From: an uncultured Verrucomicrobiae bacterium | GTDB taxonomy: Bacteria; Verrucomicrobiota; Verrucomicrobiia; Limisphaerales; AAA164-E04 | NCBI GenBank assembly: GCA_951813855.1 | Contig: OX638380.1 | Coordinates: 2,370,876-2,434,875, forward strand | Length of the DNA: 64,000 nt | Reading direction: 5' to 3' | Shown here: piece after piece, positions 31,882 through 42,455 of the stretch | How the letters are laid out: each line of letters starts with the position of its first letter | Position numbering within the stretch: position 1 is the stretch's first letter | The notes under the pieces: model-generated | Told to the model about the DNA's origin: nothing | Databases searched by the model: none | Seen by the model: only the letters and a program-made list of their open reading frames with translations | Position numbers and translations under genes: made by a program

Positions 31882-32379
31882 ATGACACCGCTTCGTGCCC
31901 TTGCCGCCGTTCTGGTAATCGGATTGCTTACCCCTGAAGCATTCGCCCAACCGGCGGCCCCCGTGAAACCGCCGCCGCTCCCCGAGAAATTCAAGGCTTT
32001 CGAGAAGATGATGACCAACGCCAAGTTGGTGGGGCAATTCACGGTTTTGGGACGCGAAAACGGCAAGGGCCGCCAAGAAGAATATCTGATCAAAAGCGTC
32101 AAGAAACTGCCGCAAGGCAATCTCTGGGTATTCCACGCCCGCGTCAAATACGGGAAACGAGACTTGACCCTCCCCATGCCTTTGCCCGTGAAATGGGCCG
32201 GCGATACGCCGGTTATTACTCTCGACGAAACGACCATACCCGGCTTGGGCACCTTCAGTTGCCGGGTCATCTTCCACGACGGTCAATACGTTGGCATCTG
32301 GAAGCACGGGAAGGTAGGCGGGCAAATGTTCGGCACCATCGTGAAGGAAGTCGAGACGGACACCCCACCCAAACAATAG
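31882..32379 (+). CDS. Secreted beta-rich hypothetical protein
   Basis: Signal peptide ending AFA-Q, a Pro-rich linker and a beta-strand-rich body. Confidence 0.7.
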   Translation: MTPLRALAAVLVIGLLTPEAFAQPAAPVKPPPLPEKFKAFEKMMTNAKLVGQFTVLGRENGKGRQEEYLIKSVKKLPQGNLWVFHARVKYGKRDLTLPMPLPVKWAGDTPVITLDETTIPGLGTFSCRVIFHDGQYVGIWKHGKVGGQMFGTIVKEVETDTPPKQ

Positions 32380-32421
32380 GCTCTTTTTCAACCTGCCGCC
32401 AACGCAATCCGGTTATCAACC

Positions 32422-33252
32422 ATGCCCTCAGTCTTCTTTCCCGATCCGACTCACCGGTCGCCCCCAACGCCAAGATCCGAAAAGCCAATCCAATTACCGG
32501 AAAGGTTCGGCTCGAGCGCCAAAATCGAACGATCGGCCGGGAATGGTTTCACCCTGATCGAACTGCTCGTGGTCATCGCCATCATCGCCATTTTGGCAGG
32601 CATGTTATTGCCGGCTCTCTCCAAAGCCAAGGAACGCGCCAAACGGGCTTCCTGCATTAACAACGTCCGGCAACTCACCTTCGGAGTCGTCATGTACGCC
32701 GACGATAATGACGGCTGGTTCCAACCGGACGGCAATATCAATCCCCACTGGTATTCTATCGATTTTCGCAACACCTACCACGAACAATACAGCTTGCCCC
32801 GAGACTCCTTCTACTGCCCCTCGAATCCCAACTGGGGCCGGGACGATTTCTGGAATTGGCAGAATGCGGGACAATTTTCGGTGTTCGGTTACGTCTATTG
32901 GGCGGGCAACAAGAATTACAACGAAAACCTCAGTTACTATCCGAGAAAACGCATCTTCAACGGCTCCCAGATCTTTGCTCTGAAGAATACCGACAATCCC
33001 TACTATCGCGTGCTCTGGACGGACATTAACCGCAAATTGAATAACGACTGGAAACGCCCCGGCGACCCGGACCCGTTTATGCGGGGAGTCAATCATTTCA
33101 ACCGGCAAGGCGACGCTCCCGACGGTTCGAACGAGGGCTATCTGGACGGCCATGTCGAATGGGCCAACGCCAGTTTATTCGTCGCCCAACCCAAAATTAT
33201 CATCGGAGGCTCGGCGCATCACTTTTACGGCGGACACGACCCGACGAACTGA
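32422..33252 (+). CDS. Prepilin-type N-terminal cleavage/methylation protein with H-X9-DG motif
   Basis: [40 protein letters not shown] and [11 protein letters not shown] motifs. The start may be later than 32422. Confidence 0.9.
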   Translation: MPSVFFPDPTHRSPPTPRSEKPIQLPERFGSSAKIERSAGNGFTLIELLVVIAIIAILAGMLLPALSKAKERAKRASCINNVRQLTFGVVMYADDNDGWFQPDGNINPHWYSIDFRNTYHEQYSLPRDSFYCPSNPNWGRDDFWNWQNAGQFSVFGYVYWAGNKNYNENLSYYPRKRIFNGSQIFALKNTDNPYYRVLWTDINRKLNNDWKRPGDPDPFMRGVNHFNRQGDAPDGSNEGYLDGHVEWANASLFVAQPKIIIGGSAHHFYGGHDPTN

Positions 33253-33832
33253 ACGAAAAACAATCCCGTGTTCAAGCCGTCGACTGGCCGGTGATCGAGA
33301 CGGAAACCAAGTACCGGCCCCAGACGCCTCCCGAGCGTCGAACCGTTCCGATGCCGGCCGCCGTTCGAAGCTCGCGCTCAAGGACGGGAAGAACGCCGAG
33401 TTCAACAGATCCCCGGGCCAGTTTTAACCTCACGCATCCTCGACCGCTCGAAACGAGAGATTCACGACGCCTTTTTACCCACCGATCGGGGTAGCGCAAA
33501 ACACGCAGCGCCGAACCGGCGATCTACCGCCGGACGAAGAGGCACGACCGGCCGATATTCGGAAATAATCCGGCAACGGGACAACCGATTAGAACCATGG
33601 CGCGTCGATTTCCTTCCCCAAACCGAGCCGTCCTCCGGCCTGACCTGCCCCAACGATCCGATCGCCGACATGTCGCTGCCGCTGGCCGGCGATCGGATCC
33701 CGCAATCCGGTTCAGCGCCTCCGCCCGTTTCGCTCCTGGTTTTACTGATTTATTTAATGACAACGCTACGGCGTTTGAAATAATCGGATTTCGTCACAGT
33801 CGTATTCGATCAACCCACCCCCAGCAACCGTT

Positions 33833-34954
33833 ATGAGAAGGATAAGGTTACTGTTCTCCGGATGTTTGCTCCCTATCCTCCTCGTCTCGGGGCAGGAAGC
33901 GGGAGAAAACTCCGATGCCGCATTAGCAGCGAAGGTTCAACAACTGGCCAGTCAAGGACAGGAGATCACTTGGAAAACGGATCCGACATTGAAGACCTTC
34001 GGACAGGAGGTACTCAGTCTTTTGGGAAACCGGGAAACCGATCGCTTTTGGGAAGCCGTCAAGTTTTCCGAAGAAGAAGCCGCGAAACTGTTTTCTCCGG
34101 ATCTGACCCCCAATCAAATCGAAGGATCTCAGCAGAAAATTGGCCAACGATTGAACGAAAGAATCGCAAAGCTGTTCACTCTGGCCGACAAACTGAAACT
34201 GCCGAAGAACGAGGACTCCTTTCAATTTCAGGATGCGAAAGTGGGCACTTCCAATGTCACCCCTCAGACCGAGATCGTCGTGGGAATTGAAGTCGAAATC
34301 CGCTTTAAACTTTCCGAAGCGGCCATCCAAGAATTGGGAGAATCATACCAAGGAGAATACGCACTGGCCCTGCATATGATCATTCGAGGGGATCAAGGTT
34401 GGAAATTACCGCAAGGGTTGCGTTGGCAAGACTTCCCCAACACCATCCTCGGCGCCGAAGCGACGGTGCAATTCCGAGAAGAGGCCTACCTGAGGCAGCA
34501 CGTCACGCTGATGCCCGGGGCCAAGGGACCCGAATTCACTTTTTTCAGCCTGACCGGAGAGGAACATTCGAGCAAGGAACTCGAAGGTAAAGTGGTCGTA
34601 CTCGAGTTCTGGGCGAGTTGGTGCGGTGCCTGTCAAGCACCGATGGCCAAGATGCAGACTTTCGTAGACAAAAACCCGGAATGGAAAGACAAGGTCGAAG
34701 TTCTCGCTCTCAGCCTGGACAACACGATCAACCAGGCCAGCGAACACTTAGAAAAAAAAGGCTGGCATTCGACGAGAAACGTCTGGGGCGGCGAGGGAGC
34801 CTTTGGATCCAACGCTCCCAGCGTCTATAAAGTACGTGGCATACCGACCACGTACATCATGGATGCCGCCGGAAAAATCGTCGAAGCCGGCCATCCCGCC
34901 TCCATGGATATTCCCGGCATCGTGAACGAGCTGCTGGCCGCAACAACGGAATAG
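33833..34954 (+). CDS. Exported TlpA/ResA-like thioredoxin-domain protein, paralog 1 (CGAC)
   Basis: N-terminal hydrophobic leader, an uncharacterised ~210-aa domain, then GKVVVLEFWASWCGAC...GIPTTYIMD..GKI. Confidence 0.88.
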   Translation: MRRIRLLFSGCLLPILLVSGQEAGENSDAALAAKVQQLASQGQEITWKTDPTLKTFGQEVLSLLGNRETDRFWEAVKFSEEEAAKLFSPDLTPNQIEGSQQKIGQRLNERIAKLFTLADKLKLPKNEDSFQFQDAKVGTSNVTPQTEIVVGIEVEIRFKLSEAAIQELGESYQGEYALALHMIIRGDQGWKLPQGLRWQDFPNTILGAEATVQFREEAYLRQHVTLMPGAKGPEFTFFSLTGEEHSSKELEGKVVVLEFWASWCGACQAPMAKMQTFVDKNPEWKDKVEVLALSLDNTINQASEHLEKKGWHSTRNVWGGEGAFGSNAPSVYKVRGIPTTYIMDAAGKIVEAGHPASMDIPGIVNELLAATTE

Positions 34955-35210
34955 TCCCGAGTTCTCGGACCGCCGTTCCGAATCCCCAGAGGATACTGTC
35001 GATCGCTTCGGCTTGGAGAATAGCTCGCGACGCTTCAAGCCAAAGCGGCCAGTCACCGCCGTTTACCTGATTCCGATCCCGGTCAGTTCCCCCCCCCTGC
35101 TTGTTGTTGAGGTACGGCACGCGAACGAGAACTTCGAATTACCGGACGTTTCCGATCGCGATTACCCCATCTCGAATTGAATTCTGAATGGCGGAAAGAG
35201 CGGGAGAAAA

Positions 35211-35485
35211 CTCTGAAGAATACCGACAATCCCTACTATCGCGTGCTCTGGACGGACATTAACCGCAAATTGAATAACGACTGGAAACGCCCCGGCGACC
35301 CGGACCCGTTGATGCGGGGAGTCAATCATTTCAACCGGCAAGGCGACGCTCCCGACGGTTCGAACGAGGGCTATCTGGACGGCCATGTCGAATGGGCCAA
35401 CGCCAGTCTATTCGTCGCCCAACCCAAAATTATCATCGGCGGCACGGCGCACCACTTCTACGGCGGACACGACCCGACGAACTGA
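35211..35485 (+). pseudogene. Duplicated 3' end of the prepilin-like gene (no leader)
   Basis: About 90 codons matching 32978..33252, with two amino-acid differences (F>L, S>T). Confidence 0.85.
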
Positions 35486-36067
35486 ACGAAAAACGGTCTC
35501 GAGTTCAAGCCGTCGACTGGCCGGTGATCGAGGCGGAAACCAGGCGCCGGCCCCAAACGCCTCCCGAGCGTCGAACCGTTCCGTTGCCGGCCGCCGTTCG
35601 AAGCTCGCGCTCACGGACGGGAAGAACGCCGAGTTCAACAGCTCCCCGGGCCAGTTTAAGCCTCATGCATCCTCGACCGCTCGAAGCGAGAGATTCACGA
35701 CGCCTTTTTTTCCCACCGTTCGGGGCAGCGCAAAACACTCAGCACCGGGCCGGCGATCTACCGCCGGACGAAGAGGCACGACCGGCCGATATTCGGAAAT
35801 AATCCGGCAACGGGACAACCGATTAGAACAATGGCGCGTCGATTTCCTTCCCCAATCCAAGCCGCTCTCCGGCCGAACCTGCCCCAACGATCCGACTCGC
35901 CGACAGGTCGCTGCCGCTGGCCGGCGATCGGGTCACGCAATCCGGTTCAGCGCCTCCGCTCGCTTCGCTCCTGATGTTACTAATTTATTTAATGACAACG
36001 CGACGGCGTTTGAAATAATCAGATTTCGTCACCGTCGTATTCAATCGAAACACCCTCAGCAATCGTT

Positions 36068-37207
36068 ATGAGAAAGATAAGGTTACAGTTCTCCGGATGT
36101 TTGCTCCCTATCCTTCTCGTCTCGGGGCAGGAAGCGGGAGAAAACTCCGATGCCGCATTAGCAGCGAAGGTTCAACAACTGGCCAGTCAAGGACAGGAGA
36201 TCACTTGGAAAACGGATCCGACATTGAAGACCCTCGGACAGGAGGTACTCAGTCTTTTGGGAAACCGGGAAACCGATCGCTTTCGGGAAGCCGTCGGGTT
36301 TTCCGACGAAGAAATCAACAAACTGCTTTCTCCGGGTAGTACCCCCGAACAAATCGAAGAACAAATCGAAGATTTCCATCAGGTATGGCAAGAAGTGAAC
36401 GAAAGAATCGCAGAACTGTTCACTCTGGCCGACAAACTGAAACTGCCGAAAAACGAGGACTTCTTTCAATTTCAGGATGCGAAAATGGGCAGGTCCCTAG
36501 TCCCCCCTTGGGGCGAGACCGTCGTGGGAGAGGAAATCGAAATCCGCTTTAAACTTTCCGAAGCGGCCATCCAAGAATTAGGAGAATCGTACCAAGGAGA
36601 ATACGCACTGGCCCTGCAAGCGATCATTCGAGGGGATCAAGGTTGGAAATTGGTGGCAGGGTTGAGCTGGCAAGACTTCCCCAACACCATCCTCGGCGCC
36701 GAAGCGACGGCGCAATACTGGGAAGAGCGGGAAGAAGCCTACCTGAGGCGGCACGGCACGCTGATGCCCGGGTCCAAGGGACCCGAATTCACTTTTTTCA
36801 GCCTGACCGGAGAGGAACATTCGAGCAAGGAACTCGAAGGCAAAGTGGTCGTACTCGAGTTCTGGGCGAGTTGGTGCGGTCCCTGTCAAGAACCGATGGC
36901 CAAGATGCAGACTTATGTAGACAAAAACCCGGAATGGAAAGACAAGGTCGAAGTTCTCGCTCTCAGCCTGGACAATACGACCAAGCAGGCCAGCGAACAC
37001 TTGGAAAAAAAAGGCTGGCATTCGACGAGAAACGTCTGGGGCGGCGTGGGAGCCTTTGAATCCAACGCTCCCAGCGTCTATAAAGTAAGGGGCATACCGA
37101 CCACGTACATCATGGATGCCGCCGGAAAAATCGTCAAAGCCGGCCATCCCGTCACCATGGATATTCCCGGCATCGTGAACGAGCTGCTGGCCGCAACAAC
37201 GGAATAG
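36068..37207 (+). CDS. Exported TlpA/ResA-like thioredoxin-domain protein, paralog 2 (CGPC)
   Basis: Paralog of 33833..34954 with FWASWCGPC. Confidence 0.88.
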   Translation: MRKIRLQFSGCLLPILLVSGQEAGENSDAALAAKVQQLASQGQEITWKTDPTLKTLGQEVLSLLGNRETDRFREAVGFSDEEINKLLSPGSTPEQIEEQIEDFHQVWQEVNERIAELFTLADKLKLPKNEDFFQFQDAKMGRSLVPPWGETVVGEEIEIRFKLSEAAIQELGESYQGEYALALQAIIRGDQGWKLVAGLSWQDFPNTILGAEATAQYWEEREEAYLRRHGTLMPGSKGPEFTFFSLTGEEHSSKELEGKVVVLEFWASWCGPCQEPMAKMQTYVDKNPEWKDKVEVLALSLDNTTKQASEHLEKKGWHSTRNVWGGVGAFESNAPSVYKVRGIPTTYIMDAAGKIVKAGHPVTMDIPGIVNELLAATTE

Positions 37208-38037
37208 TCCCGAGTTCTCGGACCGCCGTTCCGAATCCCCAGAGGATACTGTCGATCGCTTCGGCTTGGAGAATAGCTCGCGACACTTCAAGCCGAAGCG
37301 GCCAGTCACCGCCGTTTACCTGATTCCGATCCCGGTCAGTTCCCCCCCCCCTACTTGTTGTCGAGGCAGTACGGCACGCGAACGAGAACTTCGAATTACC
37401 GGACGTTTCCGATCGCGATTACCCCGTCTCGAATTGAATTCTGAATGGCGGAAAGAGCGGGAGAAAATCGCCGAGGATCGATCGCTTCCGAATCACGATG
37501 GCACCGAGCGCCCCGGGCGCCCGGTCTTCAAGCTCCCGGTTCGACCGTCTTGGCTATTCAAAATCAGTCTTCTCCAAGGCCCTTGCCATCGACCGAAGTT
37601 CCCGAGAATCCAAGCCAACCTATGGCGCCGGATAATTATCCCTCCGCCTACTCGAACCCGGTCGATATCCCCTCCCGGCCAAAGCCGTCGAAAGACACGC
37701 CGTTCCGTTTCGGCGAAAGGTTTAGCCGCATTGAGTCCTCACCGCCCGGGGTTCCGGATAAACCAATCCCTTGAACTCTTCGTTCCGGCAAACAAACCGA
37801 CGAAATCTCCGCAATCGAAACGGTCGAAAGGCCGATCGCCAAGCCGGCGGCGCACGCCTTCAACCCTGCAGCAGAGCTCGGAAAACACCGCCGGTTTTCC
37901 GGATGGCGCCTTATCGTTCGCGAACGACTGTCCGCTGCCGCCGGCTACGGCCGAAGAGACCGTCGCCGATCAGGTTTCTAACGAGAAAGCCGCCCAGGAC
38001 TTTTTCATGCTAATAATTCTTGATCGACGATCGTTTT

Positions 38038-38358
38038 TTAAGTGTTGAGCGGAGTATTTCGATTGGGAATTATATACTTAACTACCCAAGCCGCCACGTC
38101 ATCACGGCGGCTCGCGTATTCTTCGTCCGTCAAATCCCACCCGTTCATTTTTTCGGCGACCGCCGGATTTTGCGGGCATTTCTTCACCTTGTTTTCCTTG
38201 ACCAGTTTATTCAACATCCCCCAAACGATGCTGTCGTTCCCGGATTTCATGGCATGCCCCGGTACTCGGAATATACCGGCCCGTCGGCTTATTTCGGCGG
38301 CACCGATGCACTGTCTTTCGTGCTTTGCTTCTAACTTACGATTTGAGTCTGACTCCAA
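38038..38358 (-). CDS. Small putative winged-helix protein
   Basis: IGAAEISRRAGIFR...SIVWGMLNKLVKENKVKK has a wHTH-like pattern. The start is uncertain. Confidence 0.4.
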   Translation of the reverse strand: MESDSNRKLEAKHERQCIGAAEISRRAGIFRVPGHAMKSGNDSIVWGMLNKLVKENKVKKCPQNPAVAEKMNGWDLTDEEYASRRDDVAAWVVKYIIPNRNTPLNT

Positions 38359-38602
38359 ACCGGGGATTGAATCCAGAAAAGATCGACCGCTCAGAACTTT
38401 CTGCCGGAGATCCGGAGACGGCGGCGACTTTCCGCTGCAGACCAAAGCGCCGGAATACCGGACGGGCGCAACGGATGATCTGCAGCAGGCAAGCAACGCG
38501 GCCGCGGACGGCAGATTCCCCGTCCAACCTCGATCGCGCCGGATTCACCGCCGGTCGTTTTGAATTGCGCCTTCGCCGGAACAGGAGCAGAATCGGAACA
38601 GG

Positions 38603-40002
38603 GTGCAAGGCTTCCCTATGTCCAGCATCACGAAAAACTCAACAGGCCCGGATCTGGCATTGATCAAGAAGTATGCCGAAGTCGGAGACCGGGTGAGTCC
38701 TCCGGTTTTCGTCGGGCGGCACGCGGAGATTGGAATCGTGGAGAAAAATTGCCGGGCCGTCGTCGATCTTTCGAAGGAAGGTAAAAAGACGGCCGGAGCG
38801 CTGGTGGTTTTCGGGGCGCTCCGGGCGCCGGAAAAACGGCGCTGTTGTCGCATCTGGAAGAAACCCGGGACGGGAACCCGGAACGGCCGTCTGCGCTGGA
38901 ATTGAATCTGGAGGATTTGGAGAATACCGCGGCGCTGGCGGGCAAGATCATCCAGGAACTGGCGCCGGCGGCCGAAAAGATGTTCCGCACCCGGATCGTC
39001 AACAACATTTCCGTTTCGGGCGGCATCGCGGGGGTGTTTACCGCCGGCGGCGAAGCTGGCGAGGAACTCGCGCCGCTGGAAATTTCCTTTGCCGCGTTGC
39101 CGAAATTATTTCCGCCGGAAACCTGGAAGCGCCCGCTTTGCCTTTTGGTGAACGAGGTCCAAAAAGTCACGAAGCGACACGAAAACTGTCTTCAGTTGCT
39201 GCATCTCGGGATTCACGGCTTGCCGATCGTTACGGTCGTCGCCGGGCTGGCCGATTCGGTCGAAAAATTGAACGAAGCCATGTCGCCGCGCTTGTCGCGC
39301 GGCAATATCCGCACTCTCGGCGCCTTGGTGCCGGACGAAGTGCGATCCTGCGTGAAACAAATGTTCGATCGGTGCCGGATCGAGTATTCCGCCGATCGGA
39401 TGGACGGCATCGCGGCGAAGATTGCGGAACGATCGGAGGGATGGCCGCAACATGTCAGCGACGAAACGTCGGCTCTGTTCGCCGGACTGGATAAGACGCA
39501 AGGCATTTTGAGCGCCGTGGATTTCAGGGAAGTCGATCGGTTGGCCGACGGTTATCGAAAAAACAGTTACGCGATGCGCCTAAGCAACGCGATGGATACT
39601 TCCGTTCTCTTGGTCGGCGCCTTGGCACATGCGACGTCGGCAAGCGGCTTGCCGGAATTGACCGTTCGCCGGATGCTGGCGAGCAAAGTCAAACCGAACG
39701 AAGAGGGATGGGATTTACCGTCGGGAATGAAGCCGAAAGATTTCCTGGAACATCTAATTCATCAAGGGGTATTTCAGCCTGATGCCGATAAAAATTTGTC
39801 TCGTCCGATCCCGAGTTTTCACAATTGGCTGATCGACCGGGCCGAAGCCTTGAATCCGGAAAACGCGGTTGCGAAAACCTCGGTGCCGGGCGAGGAAACC
39901 CGGGACGCTACGTCCCGGTTGGTCAAACCGGCGGCGGAACAATTGAAACCGGAACGAAAGCGCCGTGCCGCCCCGGATCGGGATACCGCCGCCGAACGGT
40001 AG
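38603..40002 (+). pseudogene. P-loop (AAA_16-like) ATPase, frameshifted just before Walker A
   Basis: MQGFPMS...PPVFVGRHAEI in one frame and GAPGAGKTALL...CLLVNEVQ in the next. The shift is at TTCGGGG (~38809..38815). Paralog of 40988..42376. Confidence 0.8.
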
Positions 40003-40434
40003 AATCACCGTCCAACCTCGATCCAACCGGGTTTCCGTTGGTTAATTTGAATTGCGATCGTCCTGGATCGGCAGCAGGATCGGAACGAGTCCTTGGCGGT
40101 GGCGTAACCATCAATTGGGGATTGACCGTCCCGGAGCCGGAATGTCGGGCGGGGACCATGGAGGATTTGCTGCAGGAACTCAACGCCTTGCCGCCGCGTC
40201 CAGTCCCGATCATTTCCCCTGTCAATCCCCCCGGCATTTCGGGACGCGGCGGTCGCCGTAAAAACCCGGTATCGACCCAACCGGCGGCCTTTCCGTCCGG
40301 ATCCCGAACCCGGCGCCGATCGGAGGAGAACCGGTCATGATCGATTACGGAAGAACGGCCAGGTCATCGGTTGCCGGGGCTTCGCGACTCGTTCCGAACC
40401 CGAAGCGATCCTGCCCTGAATCCGACCCGCATTT

Positions 40435-40550
40435 CCGCAAAAACCCGCATCGGGTCATCTTGCGTCCGCAAAACGTCACCTCAACCCCGTAAAACTCCGC
40501 GTTTTTCCGCATGTTCCCGCAAAAAACCGCGTAACACCCAAAAAAGCCGC
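40435..40550. repeat. Five degenerate CCGC-A(4-6)-CCGC motifs with phased A-tracts
   Basis: A-tracts start at 40439, 40470, 40491, 40521 and 40540 (spacings 31, 21, 30, 19). Confidence 0.5.
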
Positions 40551-40577
40551 ACGCCAGTTCAGAAAACTGATGGCGAG

Positions 40578-40790
40578 ATGACAAAGACGCACCCGTACGT
40601 TCAAAAAACATTAAGCAAGTGCTCTACAAACGCCAAGGTGGGCGACGTGCTGGTCCGTGTGGGGAAGATAAAGCCGGGCGAATTTTTGATTTGGACCTTT
40701 TCGAGGTTGATCATATTATCCCGCGATCCGAAGGCGGCGGGGATGTTGACGACAATCTCCAACTTCATTGACCACCCTGCAACCATTTAA
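40578..40790 (+). CDS. Small hypothetical protein (70 aa)
   Basis: ATG just downstream of the A-tract array, ordinary composition. No recognised motif. Confidence 0.35.
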   Translation: MTKTHPYVQKTLSKCSTNAKVGDVLVRVGKIKPGEFLIWTFSRLIILSRDPKAAGMLTTISNFIDHPATI

Positions 40791-40987
40791 AAGGATCGAA
40801 CACCATGCGGCGATTCCAAGAACTCATGAAAGAAAAAAAACAACAATCCTTGCATGGGAAAATTCACCGGAACCGCTTTCAAGAACGCGTGCCGCCTGAT
40901 CGCCTTGGAACGCGCCCTGCAATCGGCATCCGTCGCCCCGGGAGAACCGAAACCTCCCTCTCCGAGTCCGGGTGCGGAACGCTGACG

Positions 40988-42376
40988 CTACCGTTCGAAA
41001 CTCCGTTCCCGTCCGCTTTTCTTCCGATTCACGGCACGAGAGGCGGGCTTCGCCGTTTTTTCCGTAAGCGAGACGGTAGCAGCGGTGGGCTTGCCATCCA
41101 GCTTGGCTTGCAACTGATCGGCTTCGGCAACGAGCCACGAACGCAAACTCGGAATAGGGCAATACAAGCGATCGTTTTTGTCCAATTGAAAAACGCCGCG
41201 ATAAATCAAATGATCCAAAAAATCCGCGTCCGTCATTCCTGGGGGCAGCTGCCAACCCTTTTTATTTAGATCGGCTTTACGATTAATGGTTTCGAGCGCT
41301 TCCACTTCGTGGCATTGCGCCGGCAGTTCTTTTAATACGGCGCCGGTTAATAAACCGGCGCGGCGGATTTCACCACTGCGGCGCTCAAAATAACTTTTTT
41401 CCCGGTAAATACCCGCTTGCTTTTCGACCGCTGCCGGCGAGACCGCCCCCAAATCGCCGCGCGTCCGATCCAACTCCCGGAATAACGCCGCCGTATGCGT
41501 TCGGACATGCTGGGGCCACCCTTCCGTACGCGCGGCAATATCGCCGGCGTAACGCTCCAATTGTTCGGCATTGAAATCGACGCGGCACTTGACGAACATT
41601 TGCTTGAGGCAAGAACGCACTTCTTCCGGCGCCAACGTGCCGAGGCCGCGTTTGTTTTCGGGATTCAAACGGGGCGACAAGACGCGTTCCAATTTATCGG
41701 CAGAATGCGACAAACCGGCGCCGATCAGAACGATCGGCAAACCATGATCGGCCAAATGAATATTAAGCAGGTTCGGTTCATGCAGTTCGGTAATTTTATG
41801 AATCTCGTCTACCAACAAGCACAGCGGACGCCGCCAGCATTGTTCCGGCAACATTTGTTTCAGATTCCGGTATTTTGTTTTTGCCTTTTCGGTTTGTGGA
41901 GAAACCGAAACCGTGCCCTTCACCACTCCGGGTACGCCGGCGGAAACGGAACCGCCGAGGCCGAACCGCCGAAACCACGGCTTTTTTTTCCGGGGCGCGA
42001 GAGCCTCGATAATCGCTTGGGTCGTTTCCTCGGCGCTTGCCAAATCATCCAACCCTAAATTCAGCGGCTGCGGACAATCAGAGTTTCCCTGCCACAATTC
42101 TTTAAAATGCCTTAATAACGCCGTTTTGCCGGCGCCTGGCGCGCTGCTGAAAACGACGATGTTCCCTGAGGGTTCCTTGCCTGCCCGGTAATAATCATCA
42201 GCGGCCCGGCAAATATGTTCGACGAATTCAATTTCAGCTTGACGCCCGACGAAAACCGGAGGGTACCGGCGTTGCTGCGGATCGGAATACTGTTTTATCA
42301 GTTCCAAATCAGGCCCCGCCGGGCCGAGCGCTAAGGCTTTTTTCTTGAATAAACCGGATAGCGGAAAACCAGGCAT
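40988..42376 (-). CDS. P-loop (AAA_16-like) ATPase, intact paralog
   Basis: PPVFVGRQAEI, SAPGAGKTALL, CLLVDEIH, GWPQHV and CPIPSLRSWL motifs, with a basic tail ending GRERSFER. Confidence 0.85.
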   Translation of the reverse strand: MPGFPLSGLFKKKALALGPAGPDLELIKQYSDPQQRRYPPVFVGRQAEIEFVEHICRAADDYYRAGKEPSGNIVVFSSAPGAGKTALLRHFKELWQGNSDCPQPLNLGLDDLASAEETTQAIIEALAPRKKKPWFRRFGLGGSVSAGVPGVVKGTVSVSPQTEKAKTKYRNLKQMLPEQCWRRPLCLLVDEIHKITELHEPNLLNIHLADHGLPIVLIGAGLSHSADKLERVLSPRLNPENKRGLGTLAPEEVRSCLKQMFVKCRVDFNAEQLERYAGDIAARTEGWPQHVRTHTAALFRELDRTRGDLGAVSPAAVEKQAGIYREKSYFERRSGEIRRAGLLTGAVLKELPAQCHEVEALETINRKADLNKKGWQLPPGMTDADFLDHLIYRGVFQLDKNDRLYCPIPSLRSWLVAEADQLQAKLDGKPTAATVSLTEKTAKPASRAVNRKKSGRERSFER

Positions 42377-42455
42377 GGGATTGCCAGAATAGCCGGAACG
42401 CCGGTTCTTTGCAATGCCTTCCGATTAATTTCCCAGGATTCTTTCACGCTAATCG

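Larger units (their letters stand above)
32978..37467 (+). repeat. Direct tandem duplication: unit 1 is 32978..35210 and unit 2 is 35211..37467
   Basis: Both units start CTCTGAAGAATACCGACAATCCC and end GGAAAGAGCGGGAGAAAA. Each holds a prepilin-gene 3' end, a spacer and a TlpA-like gene. Confidence 0.95.
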
